Made by a program: the position numbers and the translations under genes. Shown in pieces: positions 39,098 to 52,400 of a DNA stretch of 64,000 bases (position 1 is its first letter; every line of letters begins with the position of its first letter). Source of the DNA: Marsupella aquatica (lineage: Eukaryota; Plantae; Marchantiophyta). The stretch spans positions 16,061,137 to 16,125,136 of the forward strand of contig OZ316891.1 in the NCBI GenBank assembly GCA_973895155.1, given 5' to 3'. Below the pieces are notes generated by a model that worked only from the letters and a program-made list of their open reading frames with translations, had not been told where the DNA came from and did not search any database.

Positions 39098-42000
39098 ACT
39101 GCGTACCCCTACCCAAACAATGGCCGGAGTTTCCAGGTTATCAGTAACCCGAGCATCCCTCCTAAGCCAGGGATTTGGCGATCCCCGGTTTGTTATAACT
39201 GTGAAAAGCCAGGACACTTTGCGAGGGAATGCACCAAACCAAGACGTCAGGGAGATGGCCGAGGCACCCCACTATGTCAAGTCTGCAAAACGGAGGCTCA
39301 TTCCACGGCCAACTGTCCGTTGGTAATCGCTGCTTGAACGAGCGCAGCTAGATCGGCCCAGGCTGGACCGTCCACGAGCGATGCAGTCGTCCAAATGATT
39401 GCTGTATAATGGCAAGATGACAACACCGAGTGGGTGAATCTGGTGGACGTGGCGGAACACCCTAATCCATTGGATGAGGCCGAGTGCTACCAAGTGTCGA
39501 CAAGGGCCGAACGGAAGGAAGAGAAGACGGAGGAGAAACAAAGGAAAAAGCAAGATACTACTCCGGTGCAACCAGCGATAGATATACCCCCGGAAAAGGA
39601 CGATGACTACTGACGGGACGACTCGAAGCTATTTTTCCCCCGCATCAAAGAATTGGTAAAGAAACAGCTGGAGGCTTACGAAGCTCGGGAATACCAGAAG
39701 GCAATCGATAAGGACATCAAAGCAGCCGAGACAGCCCGACGACAGGAGCAAGAAAAGCAAGATAAACAAGAGGAAGCCAAGCAGCAGCCGAAGGAAGAAA
39801 CGAAGGAGGACTATGATATTAAGGAGGACGTGAAGAGTTGCCCGGTTACAGCGATGGTGGGGCAACTACTGCAGAACAACCCACAGTACAGACGGCAACT
39901 AAGGGAGTTGCTCATGGGTCGCCGAAGGGGGAGACTACCCCGAGTTGGGATCACGGACTGCAACATGATATGCGAGGACCTTGGAGCGCCGGACATCTCG
40001 ATTGAAATTAATAACTGTACCATCAAGATGGTTCTTGTAGACGGAGGAGCGGGAGTCAACATCATGACTGAAGAAACGTTAGTCAAGTTAGGATACCTCA
40101 CGTATCAACCCACAGCCTGAGCTATCAGATTAGCAAACGGGGCAAGGGTCCTCCCATTAGGCACGCTCACACGAGTGCTCACTCTGGTGGGAGGGGTGGA
40201 GTTCTATCTCAACTTCCTAGTCATGAGGCCGGTTCGTCCCTCCTCTTACCCGGTTCTTCTGGGCAGGCCGTGGCTGTACGGTGGCCGCGTAGTCACGGAT
40301 TGGGGAAAGAAGGAGCTACGGTTCGGGAAACCCACCGTACGGGTATCATGGGCAATGGACGATTATCAGGGAGAAACCCCACAAGGACCCGAGGAATATG
40401 ATTCGGAGACCTCGGAGGAAGAGGAACTCAATATGATTGAACTCATCTCGTCCCTGTCCGAGGAAGATGTCTTCGGAGTTGAAGCAACCCGCGAAACACA
40501 TCTCCTAAATTACCCGAGGGCTGCCATTGAGTCCACCCCAAGCAATCTACTGCCGGGGAGGAGGAAACGCACGAACAACTTGTTGAGACGGAGGACATGG
40601 CTCCAGCTAAGCAGGAAGCCGAGGCTGCTTCTACCATTGCAGAGCCTCGTGACCACGAACCAGCCCAACAACCGCCTGAGGCCAAAAACTCGAGACCGAG
40701 ACATAAGAAACGAGTCTCATGGGATCCGTCCATTCCGCAATTGGAGGAAGTAACTCCAATCCCGAAACCAATCCCGGTTCCACCCATGTACGGAGGAGTT
40801 CGGTTAGCTAAGCTTGATGCGAGCCTGGACCCGAGCCTGCGAAACCAGGTTGAAGTCATCAGGAAGGAGCACTACCGGAAGTACACCATTGGGATGGACA
40901 AATCTTTTGACCTGGGCCACGCTCTGACAGGGGAGGCTGAAAAATCCATCCAAGCTTTGCTCAAGGAATATGAAGATGTGTTTGCATGGAGTCATCATGA
41001 TTTAACAGGCGTCTCCCCCGAGTTGGGAGAACACACGATCGATCTGAACCTAGGAGCCCATGCGGTACGGCAGCGACAACGTCGCATGAACCCGAGGTAC
41101 TCCATCTTAGTGAAGGAGGAAATTGATCGTCTCCTCGCCGCCGATATCATCTACCCGGTAATGGCCAGCGACTGGGTCTCTCCCATTGTCATTGTACCAA
41201 AGAAGGGAGGTACGGATGGAAAACCTAAGATTTGTATTTGTCAGGACTACCGTAAGCTGAACGACGCAACCCGAAAAGACCATTACCCATTACCATTCAC
41301 GGATATGGTTCTAGATATGGTAGCCTGAAATGAAATCTATACATTTCTTGACGGGTATTCAGGTTATAACCAAATCTGGATTCGCCTCGCGGATCAGCTC
41401 AAAACAACTTTCACTACGGAGTGGGGGACTTTCGCATTTCGGAGGATGCCTTTCGGTCTGTGTAACGCCCCCGCCATGTTTCAGCGCCTTATGATGAATA
41501 TCTTCCACAATTTCCTATGGGAATTTCTGGAGATATTTATCGATGACTTTGCCATCTTCGGAACCGTTGCCATGCACCCCGAACACCTAAGACAAACGTT
41601 GCAACGATGCCGAGATGTTAACCTCAAACTACATCCCGCCAAATGCTTCTTCGGGGTAGAGGAGGGGGTGTTACTCGGGCATCGTGTGTCCAAACGGGGC
41701 ATTGAGGTGGACCAAGAGAAAGTTGCAGCCTGGATGGCAGTGGTGTTCCCCATGGATCAAAAAGCAGTACGATCCTTCTTGGGCTGCGTAGGGTATTACC
41801 GTCGGTTCATTAAAGATTTTGCTAAAATAGCTTTGCCCCTTACAGAGATGATGAAAAAGGACGCGGTGATCAAGGAGACCCCAAGGAGACGGGTTGCTTT
41901 CGAAGAACTCCGTAAAAGACTCACCACCGCACCTATCATGGTCACTCCAGACTGGAACAAGGAGTTCCACGTGTATGTCGACGTGTCAGGGTTCTGTATC

Positions 42001-43699
42001 GGGTCTGTGCTTAGTCAGCTTGATGCGGACGCGATCACCCCATCTACTTTGCTAGCCGTCAATTATTCGCAGCTGAAAAAAACTATTCCCCCACGGATCG
42101 AGAGGCACTGGGCATAATCTACTCATGTAAGAAGTTCTGACACTATCTGCTTGGCTACAAGGTCATCTTCCACACGGATCACGACAGCCTGAAGTACATG
42201 GTCAACAAAGCAGACGTAACGGGACGGATAGCCCGTTGGGTGCTACTTCTCCAGGAATTTAACTACGAAGTTCGGGTTCGGCCAGGAAAGGCACACCTCA
42301 ATGCCGACTTCTTTTCACGGCTGGACGGCATACCAGTCGATCAGCCAATTGATGATATTTTTCCGGATGAGGAGTTGTTCCACGTAGGGGAGGGGACACC
42401 AACATGGTACGGCTCAATAATCACCTTCCTTTTAATGGGCCGCATCCCTGACGGCATCAATCAGGAGACCGCCGCTGTGTTTTTACGGAAAGCCGGGCCT
42501 TACGTCATGATACAGGGTCACCTACATAAGGAAGGTATTAATGGGAAGTTACGATGTTGCTTAGAGTATAAGGAGACGCTTATCGTGATGCGGGCCCTAC
42601 ATGAAGAAGAAGCTGGAGGCCATTTTGCGGCGGTCACGACAGCCCAAAAGATTCTGGACTCGGGGTATTGGTGGCCTACGTTGCATCGGGATGTACAGCG
42701 CTTCATTAAGGGCTATGACTTGTGTCAGCGAGTTGGGGCCCCGAGGCGGGCTCATCATCACCCGCTCACATCTGTGCTTCCATTGGCACCATTCGAAAAA
42801 TGGGGAATTGATTATATCGGGCCGTTTACTCCCGTTACCCGAAGGCGAAGATGCAGGTACATCCTACTAGCTATTGATTACTCCACCAAGTGGGTCGAAG
42901 CGCGGGCTACGGTAAAGGACGACGCCGCAACCAGTGCCAGATTCTTATACGAACAGATTTTCACCCGATTCGGCCCGCCCTTAGAATTGGTAAGCGACCG
43001 TGGAACCCACTTCCTCAATGACACCGTAGCCCAGCTTACAGAGCGTTACCTAGTCAAGCACCGCAAGACTACCCCGTATCATCCTAAAGCCAACGGGATG
43101 GCGGAGAGAGCAAATGGTATCATTGGGAAGATCCTCAACAAAACTGTAGCTGCGCACAAAACGGATTGGGATGATAAGTTGTATGCAGCGGTGTACTCGT
43201 ATAATCTAGCTTACAAAACTACTACGAGTCACAGCCCGTACTTTCTTGTGTTCGGCCAACATTCGTTGGTGCCCGTCGAGTTTGAAGTACACACTCCATG
43301 GGTCAGCATTCGGGATCGCTTACCTGAATCTGAAAGTTCGTCAGACCGAGCTTATCAGATTGAAGCCTTGGAAGAAGCACGGCTACTAGCAACTCGACAC
43401 GCCGTGAAGAAATAGGCAACTTCGAAGAAGCAGCACGACAAAGGACTACGGAGGGTCGATGTCGTGGCAGGCGATCTAGTCCTTCTGTACGATAGTAGGT
43501 ACATGCAATTTCCAGGGAAGCTTCATACCCGGTGGTTAGGGCCCTTCCTTGTCAATCAGATCTACCGTAACGGATCTTTGGAGCTTGCGACGTATGCCGG
43601 CGATTTACTCCCCACGCGAATCAGCTACGATCGTGTAAAAAAGTACCACCATCAAGATGACGACGCCGAGAGTGATGTTCGCGAGGACGCTTCACAATT
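39098..43699 (+). pseudogene. gag (C-terminal part) and pol, with stops and frameshifts
   Basis: Two Zn knuckles (CYNCEKPGHFAREC 39191, CQVCKTEAHSTANC 39275); protease VLVDGGA (40040); RT DYRKLN / YSGYNQI / FIDD (41536); RNase H FHVYVD...RWVLLLQEF; integrase WGIDYIGP...SDRGTHF...NGMAERAN; WLGPF motif. Confidence 0.95.
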
Positions 43700-44174
43700 A
43701 AGCAGGGAGCTATGTGACGCCGCCGGTATGGCGGTTAATGAGTGATTCGGTCTAACTGCGCTTAGCACGCACGTTAGGAGTGTCTTAGGCCACTATTATT
43801 AGCATAATGACAGTATTTAGGTAATCATTATGGGTAGGACATCATTAGGCAATAAGGGGGAGTTCAGGTTTGGACTGGCGGCGGGTTGCTATTCGCACAC
43901 CCGGGTTACGAGCGTGGAGGGGCCCCTCCCTCGGGTCCGTATAACAAACTTAAGGAAGCGGCCACTGACACGTGCTGACTCAGACCGGCGGAGTGGCCGG
44001 TACACCACAAGCGTGAGCGGTTCAGCCTATGGGCATCGAGGAGACGTCGGGGGATCGACAAGCAGGTATAAAAGGGGAGCCAACCCTTTGTAGTGCACCA
44101 GTCCATCAGTCCATGTGCCAGCTTCGACCCCAGCTCTCTCGTTCGCTCTAAGTCGCCACTACTATCTCCTCTGA

Positions 44175-47100
44175 ATGTCGCACACGATCCTCTCCAGCTC
44201 GGCCATTCGATTCTGGATGCAGTTCCTATCTACCGGAAGGCACTTGGCCGACTCATTGAAACACGCCAACCCGCGCCGATACGAAATCGAACGCGAGTAC
44301 AAGAGAGCCATCCGCCTAGCAGGACGACAGGCCTCATTCACATTTGGAGGACCCAAAAGGAACCTCACACTCAAAAGTGACCATAGTTTATTATGCTTTA
44401 GGATATCATTTTTAGGGTGTAATGAGATGATATAGAAAATTTGATGTACTATACTTAATAAACATCCTATAGGTTGGTAACATTCATTAAACTATCTAGC
44501 ATTTTAGACTTTGAAGCTTTCCTTATATGTCCTTCAAAGATTGATAAAAGGACTTGTCACGCAACGGGTCACATCATTTCAGGACTCAAAAGGACTCTAA
44601 AAAATGCATTTTAGATAATGAAATTTTACCAAAGCATGCATACTAATAGCATAATCTTATATTTCAAAACTTAAATAGTGACACACAGTAAACCTTTATA
44701 TACAGGACAAAAATAATCAGTAATTTTGGCTTATTTAGGGCCATCAATAACAGGATCCCTTAAAACAGTTGAAACTTTGATGTATCTACACGGTGAGGTA
44801 GGTTACACCATGCAAAATAGTCTTGTGAAAAAATTAGACTTAAATGTCTTGAGATAAAATCATGATGAACCTTTTTCCATGTTACGAAAGTCATTTTTCA
44901 CTAAAAAAGCATGTTTTTGAGTCCTGAAAGTGGTTCCTGCAAGGTACACCCAATTGTGAATGAGGCCGACACCACTACATCCTTAACTTTGACTACCCGT
45001 CTCAGAGCGAGCTTTACCGACCAGCAGAGGTATCTGGGTACTTCTTCAACGGAGACAAATATATCGGTTTCTGGGAAGCATTGCTTCGGCTTCCGGACGA
45101 GGTCTTCAATATCCCGGATACGATCGACTTGCAACGACATCACTTCGACCACATCCCTGCTCAGGTTCGGGCTATCATCAACAGCGAGTCCAGCACTACC
45201 CGTTCAACAAGGTCGTCTGCACTCGCTTCAGAGAACTTCTACCAGCACCTACAGAGCTTCATGGGAACTCGGCCATCAACCAACATGGCCAACTCAGTCG
45301 TACCCGTACCCATACCCGTACCCATACCCGTACCCGTACCCATACCCGTACAACCTCAGGCTCAACCTTAGGCTCAGCTTCAACTTCAGCCTCAGCCGCA
45401 GCCTAGCCAAACCCCACCACCGATCGCCCAGCCAGCACAAGTACGCTCCGTTATCAACGCTGTGGATCTTAGCGATGACGACGAGGCTACCCCACCCTTG
45501 ACCAGGCGGCCCAGAGGAACAAGCGCTCAGGGGGCCGACTCTATATCGTCCCCACCCCTGCTCTGACCCCAGGAGCGGCCCCGGCAGACAACATGGTGAC
45601 CGTGGCCGCCCCGGGCCCGTTACTAACGGCAATGGCACTACCCAGGCCCGATCGGGAGGATGGGGAAGTGTCACCTTCCCCGAGCCAGTCACGGGGGAAG
45701 AAGAGGAAGGAATCCGCCACTGCATCCGGGTTACCGTTGGCCACGGTAGCCGTAGCCAAGGTGACGATGCACCGCATGGGGGAAAACGTTCACAAAAACA
45801 TCCTCCATCCCAAGCATGCGGTGTACCTGAAGACTCAGGGATTCGAGCACCTCGCCTCCCTCCCCTGGAACACTTGCAGGTACTACGGGGAGGACATGAC
45901 AGAGTTCCTCAGGAATTATGACGACGTGCATCAACATACTCGGCTGCGGGGAAGGAGTATGTCCCTCACAGAAGAACGGCTCAGGATGATCTTCGGGTTA
46001 CCCGAAGGTGACCATCGAGTTGAATCACGGGCTCCCGGGGGCAAGGGAGCCAAGTACCAATCTTCAAGTTTTCCCTCAGAGGGAGCAGTGGACAACGGGT
46101 TCGTGATGAGGACCTGCCTCATCCCTGAGATAGCTGAGCGACTGGAGTTCCAGAGGTACGCCCTCCACATGATGGAACCCCGGGGGGAGATCTCCGCCGC
46201 CCAGGTTATCCAGGTCGAGAACTATCGACCTAGGAAGTGGGCGTCGTACTTCACTAAGAAATTCCATGAAGAGATGGAGTGGCGAAGGAAGACGCTGTAC
46301 ATTGGCGGGAAGGCGTATTTCGCTAGCCACATCGAGATCATTCTTGAGTGGTACGCCCGGTTTGATCGACGAACCCTTCCCCGTGTCAACGTTACAAAGC
46401 TGGTCTCAGCTAGGTGGGTTTTCCCAGCCTTGGAGAGACGGCCCCAACCCGAGGCCCAAAGTCCAGCGGACACGCCAGCTTCACCCACCCCACCTCCACA
46501 AGTAGCTGTAGTCGTAACCGAGGAGGTATCTGATGGGTTGGGTGTCGCAACCTTTGATGCGACCCAACAAGCCGGGCTAAGTACAGAAGTCGGTACGGCG
46601 GAGGTCTTACCCGAGCCCGGGTCTCCCAAAGACCCACCGGTGGCTATTCCGGAGAACCGGACATTGCTACAGGAGGACACTCCAGCCCCTTCCAACGTTA
46701 CGTCCCCAGGGCTGGACGTCACTGCCCCGGCCCCCGCGCGTGTTGACGTCTGCCCGTGCCCAACTCCGGACAGGCACAACCTGGACCACCCGGAACTCTT
46801 CGTATCGGGTACATTTTTGAACGGGCTTCTGGGAGATTTCTCTCATCAAATTGCTCGGGATACCGGGGAGTTCATGGCCCGGAAGGTAGCCTGTTTCTTC
46901 AATCAGGAGTTGGTTGCCGCAGTAAAGGCAGGTCGGGCCCAGTCAGAGGCCCTTCAGAGGATAGAGCGGTACCGGGTGGAGTCCATGTACCTAAAGAATG
47001 AAGTTGCGGTTCAAGAGGCTGAGCTTCTACAACTACGACCCAAGGTTGCAGCCGCCGATGAGTTGTTAGCAAAGGCGCACGCTCTTACCGCCCTAGCCGA

Positions 47101-47494
47101 ACAGGCCAAAGCTGGGAACGAGGCCAAGATTACATGACTCCGGAACCAGATTGACAGTTTGAAGAATCAAATTGTCACCTGGCAGAAAGACCTGGAGGAG
47201 GCCGAGGAACGGGCCCAGCAGGACACGGCGGAGATAGCCACGCTGCAGGCCGAGGTGGCGTGGCTCCAAACCGAGGCCGAGAAGCAGGACCAGCTGGCGG
47301 GTAAACTGACGAGCGACGCCCAGCAGCTGGAGGAGGCATGTCAGGAGGCAGCAGAGGAGACGGACGCGGCGAGGTGAGAGAACAAATCTCTGCTGGACCA
47401 GGTCCAGCTCCTCAAGGCGGACAATGACAGGCTTCGAAGGCAGCGGGATGGCCGCTCCCATTCGGGCGGCTCTGGCAAGCATGCCAGGCATTAG
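44175..47494 (+). pseudogene. LTR-encoded protein, 3' LTR copy, interrupted by a MITE
   Basis: MSHTILSSSAIRFW...; 514-aa open stretch at 45593-47137; C>T-derived stops. Confidence 0.88.
44330..44967. mobile_element. MITE, 638 bp, 4-bp TSD
   Basis: TIR GGCCTCATTCACATTTGG / CCAATTGTGAATGAGGCC; TSD GACA. The empty site is visible in the 5' LTR (~35377-35392). Confidence 0.93.
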
Positions 47495-48396
47495 CAGCGG
47501 AGTAGGAATAGATTAGGATTAGGATTGGCTTAGTCAGGCTCTTGGGACAGGCACCTGCCTTAGGTACATCAGCGCTGCCATGCTGTCCAGCCTGCGTAGA
47601 TTAGGATCTTCTAATAAGACACAGCCGTTTTCCGGCCTGACTGTCAGCTTAGTTAGGACCTTAGTCAGCGAATCTTCGGCGAGAGGACACCCCGTCCCTC
47701 GGCCCTTAGTATTTAGTGCACCCCTCGGTAGAGACAAGGGGGGTTTTTAGTTTCAGAGTTGGACGTCCGCGGTATATGTGGGGAGTCCCGACCTCTGGGA
47801 ATGAAAGAGTACCAAGGGGGGGGGGTAGGACTAAGCTCGCCGGGTGAGTGCAGAGCCGGGCTCCGTTGTAGTGTGCACCCTCGGCCTTGAACCTGTTCAT
47901 TCTGGGGCTGTCGGGTCAACTAAGTGTACGCATATGTTCTCTTTGTAGTAAAATCCTTTCCCATCATTTTCCTTTGTGTAAATCGAGATTGTATGCATGT
48001 CCGCGTGTATGTGTGTGGGTTTCTCGTATATGGGTGGCAGCGCCAGGCCGAACGCACTACCCGAGACGTGCACAGGGTGCAGCCTGTGGGTAAGTGGTTG
48101 CGAGCACGGGTTGAGGACCTGTATCATCGAATCCGGATCGAAGGCGGACAGCACGAAGGCTTAGAAGCCCTTAAGCCGGGGTCGATCCTGCTATCGACTA
48201 AGGTACGTTCCGACGGTGGAACACAAACCATACCTAGGAGGTGGTTGTATTTAGCAGTATGCGCACTTAGCGCTAGTTTATGAGAATAAGGTGCATTACG
48301 TGCTTCCCTTCCTGCCCGAACCCTCAGATTTACGAGGGATGTGCCAGTCTAAGCTGAAGTCTGAGTTAAGGCCGAAGCCGACGACGTGATAGTGGC

Positions 48397-49429
48397 CCCT
48401 TAGAGGAGCACACATGTTCTTTTGGCTTGGAAGTACTGGTTGGAGCAGGTACTGAAGGGTATGACAAGATTGTAAGTACTTTTGAGCAGTATGCCAAAGG
48501 CATGTATGCTAGAGTAATCATTGTCAATCCTCTGCATGCAAAGATGCCTAAAGTGGCATTGTGTGTTGTACCAAAATGTAACAAGTTTAAAGCTCCCTAG
48601 GTAAGAGAGCATTGGGTGCAGCTAAAGTCCATGTGGGACACACGTTGTAGAGACAGTGTTGGTCCTTTGTTGGGCCATGCTAGTGATGGTGATGCTTGTC
48701 GTAGGAAATTGATGATGGAAGATTATACTGCTATGAATGGTTCCTTTCCTAGGTATAGTGTAGGATGGGTTGGGTGACAATACTCAGTGTCCATACTTCC
48801 AAATGGAGATTTATATGGTTTTGGAGACCAAGACCCACCTCACAATGGCAAAAAGGCAATTAACCCATTGGACCGAGTGTGTGCTATGTTAGTTCTTGGT
48901 GATCAACATGCATCTTTGTCATATGTCACATATATTTATAACCATTATGCAATTCATGAGCATGGTTTGCATTGGGATGATGTGAATAGGACATATAGAC
49001 AAAACTGGGCTGGCCCACAACAAATAGCTTCCAAGAGAGTGCAGGCCTGCCTGCAGCATATGTATGAGCGACGAGATGTTTGTCATGATAGAAGCTTTGG
49101 GACCATGATATACTTGGAGGTTTGTGCAGACTACATAGATATTTTCTTCTCTGTTAAGCATGACCTAAGAACCCGTGTTATCTTGGCATCAAAGGTATCT
49201 TGGTTCTTCCGATTGTGGAGGCTATGGTTGAGGTATGGTGATCATTTTGTGACAAGAAATGCTGGATCTATCACAGAGGAGAACATGATTTCTGTGCATG
49301 CTTTCCATGATATCAACATGTCTTGTCATTTTGTAGTATTGTTAATTTGTGCCTTTCAAGACAAGTTCCCATATCTAGAAGTTCCATTTCTTGTTGGGAT
49401 CAGATTGTTGTGAGATATTTTCAGCAAGG
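48397..49429 (+). pseudogene. P-like transposase, segment 3 (catalytic core)
   Basis: IIVNPLH...GHASDGD(48685)ACRRK...GDQDPPH(48832)NGKK.INPL...RQNW...GSDCCE(49412)I-FSK. Confidence 0.78.
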
Positions 49430-52400
49430 TGTGGTGCGTCCCATGGCTCCCCAAACCCAAGAAAACCCCCTTGCTCAAGCCGATTCCCGCAGGTTTCGTC
49501 CTTGGCGAGGCCGTTTCTGTGGCTTAGCGGCATGGGACGCTGCTAACTCTCCTTCTACTACTATTAACATTTTACACACATATACTGGACAGATCCTTCA
49601 TCGGGTCATGAGATACTTAGCCGGCCTATTCTAGGCCTTCCCTTGTATTCCTCTCCTGGTCTTCCATTAGGTATGTTTGGATTCCGCCGCCGGAATGATC
49701 CCCAATTGGCTTGGTTAAGCCGCTAAGACCTCTCTCAGCTCGACACATCCAACTCTCACTCCCTTGCTACTTCCCTTCATTGATGTGGGCACTCTTCACA
49801 CAAGTTAATGCGACACACAAATAGCAAAATGACTCCTTCTGACTGAGTTATACCATGCACTTGCCATACAAACAGTACATCTCATACACAAGCTCTGCGA
49901 ACTAAGCCGTGAGGCCAACTCTATTCAATTCTTAGGCATGAGGAAACATGAATATACACAAGGGTCACTGTATAACTAACCGAGAGCTTCTCTTACTACT
50001 TGATCCCAGCCTTGCTGGTGCAACTAAAAACTTGTTAAAGAAGAGGCCCTGGACTCCCGCTGCCCAGGTATTTATCCTGGCAGCGGATCTGTCCAAAACT
50101 TTGCTGCGTAAGCTTAATCTATCCTACCTGTAATCTACCTAACTGTACAACGAGGCAAGAGCACAAGTGTTGCTCTTACTAGAGGATCCGCCATCCCACT
50201 AATCTAAGTGTTAGGGCTGTCTCCTAGTCTTGATCCTAATCCTAAACTTGGAGATCTGAGCCCGCCCTGCCCACTCACGCCTCCTACCTCCACGTCCACC
50301 CTTCCTTAAAGGAACGATGCCCTTGCACCGTCACAACACTGGTGGCGGATCCTCAATGGATGCCACCAACGCTTCCCCCGCAGCCACTACCGTCGGTCCG
50401 TCCTCTGACAGATTACCTGCCCCGGACCGAGTCAACTCTTCATCGGCTTGACTGGGTCCACCCTCGGCTTTGGCCCCAGCATCGGTTACGGCCCTCGATA
50501 CGGCTTCGGCCTCCCCGGCATGTTCTACTGGAGGATCTGGTATCTCGGCTTCATCAATAGCTATCTCGGCCTCGGCCTTGCCATCCCCACCTTTTTCAAT
50601 AGGTGGATCTACTGCCGTAATCATGCCGGAGGTTGGTGCCGGGTTGACCTCCTGGGTCACAACGGCTTGGTAAGCCGTATAACTCCCAGACCCAAAAGGT
50701 TTCCGCTTCTTCTTCTTCCCTGTTTCGGTAGCTGGTCCCTTCCCCTTGCTACCTACCTCCGGCACCGGGGCGTGTGTCTCGGCTTGTGTTTCGGCCAGTA
50801 CCACTCCTGGTAACGGAGTTCCCACAATTGGACCAGATGAAGCTAAGCACTTAAATACTGCGGCCTATTTCTTCAGCTGCTCCGTTGGGTTGTCGGCCCG
50901 TTGCTGTAAGTTCTCCATCTTTCTGGTGGTTTCCTCCAACTCCTCCTGGGCTTCCTCCAGGTCCTTCCGTCCCTCCTGCAGCTCCTTTCTGGCTTCCTCC
51001 AATTCCAATTTTAAGGTAGCCCTCTCCTCCTGGGTTGCTCTTAGCTCCTTGTCGAGCTCCGCTATGACCTCAGACTCCATCTTATTCATCTTGGCATAAG
51101 TCTGGTTGAGCTGGTCATCCTTCTCACGCAGGTCGGCCTTGAAGCTGGCCATCAGGGATGCAAGCTCCTGCTGCAGCGCAATAATCCCTTGATAGGATTT
51201 CCCTAACTTGGCCTCCTTTTGCTCAAGGGCTCCACGGATATCCTTGAGCTCTCCTTTCAATGCCCTCTCCCTTCTCTGAGTCTCCGCCATGGCCCGGTTG
51301 TTGGTGGTTATGTGGGCCTCCTCTACGTCCCTCAGCTCTTGCTTCCACTTTTCCCTGTCCTTGACCGCGCTGGCCAACTCTCCTTGGGTCCGAGTCAGTT
51401 TATCCTTGATAATCAATCTGCCAGACTGAGCGGCATCCAATTGTCCTTGCATGATGTTTAGCTCATGCCGCTTAATCCGCAGCTCATCTTAGGCTTTCTT
51501 GGCCACCTACAGGTCTTCCACCTTGGCTTCCATCTCCCTAAGCTGCCGGATGACCTCGTCCTTCTTGCTTCTCTCCAAAGCCACCGCTTCTTCTAATCGG
51601 TGCTTCTCCAACATCTCCCTCTGGAAAAAAGGTCCCTGCTCCAACTCCTCCCCAAAGATGCTGAGCGCCAGGTCCCCACACATCTCCCCATACTCCATGG
51701 CTCTATCTTTAGCATAGGTGGAGTAAGTAGAAGTCATCGGCATCAACCACCTTGGCCTCTATTCCCAAGCCGCCTTGCGGATTTCTTCTACGGTGGCAAG
51801 AGGGTTGCTTCTTTTTTCGGCAAGCCGCCTGATGTCCTCCGGCCAATCTCCTCTTGGTAAATCTTTCTCCCTAGCCAGGGCTGCTTTCTCTTCCTCCCTA
51901 AGTCGCTCCTGAAATTCTTGTGCCGTCTGCTTTATGCCGTCAAAGCTCAGGGAGCAACCTCTGGTGGGGGAGACTCGGGGCTACTCTGCTGGGTGGGGTC
52001 CCCTCGAACTACTCTTGGAAGCGTGAAGATAAATCGGCCACAGGTCCTTACTCCTGGAACATGATGATCCGACCCATAGCCGGAGTTATCATTGCTGTAG
52101 TCCTCTACTGCCTCCTCCACTGCTTGGACTCCTGGCTTCCCCCTCTGTTCCCCTGGTCCTGCCGTGAAAACGGCCTCACAGATCACGGGCTCTTGTTCCT
52201 CCTCTGGTTTCCAGTCCTTTCCCTCTGCTTTCCGCGGGAAGGAGCCTTAGGCTGCTCTGCCTCCGATTCAGGGCTTGAGGCTCCCACATACATTCGAACT
52301 CCAGGCTTGTGTTCCGGCCTCCTGCTCTCCTTGGCTCCAGTAAAGGGGTTTTCCCTCCTGAGTTGGCTTAGGCCGGCCTTTGGGGCAGTGTCCTGTACCG

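Larger units (their letters stand above)
34764..48391 (+). mobile_element. Ty3/Gypsy LTR retrotransposon (non-chromovirus-like), decayed, with giant gene-containing LTRs
   Basis: TSD GTGGC on both sides; LTRs start TGTGAC at 34764 and 43713; purine tract at 43700-43710; domain order gag-PR-RT-RH-INT. Confidence 0.95.
43713..48391 (+). repeat. 3' LTR, ~4.04 kb after removing the MITE
   Basis: TGTGACGCC...GACGACGTGATA followed by TSD GTGGC. Confidence 0.95.

Noticed and set aside
37939-39100. Primer-binding site of the Gypsy element
   Set aside because: The 5' LTR end, PBS and gag N-terminus appear deleted, so no PBS can be called.
45300-45350. (GTACCC/ATACCC)n giving PYPYPY or GYGYGY peptides
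   Set aside because: In-frame 6-bp microsatellite expansion in the VPIP linker of the LTR ORF. The other frames are artefacts.
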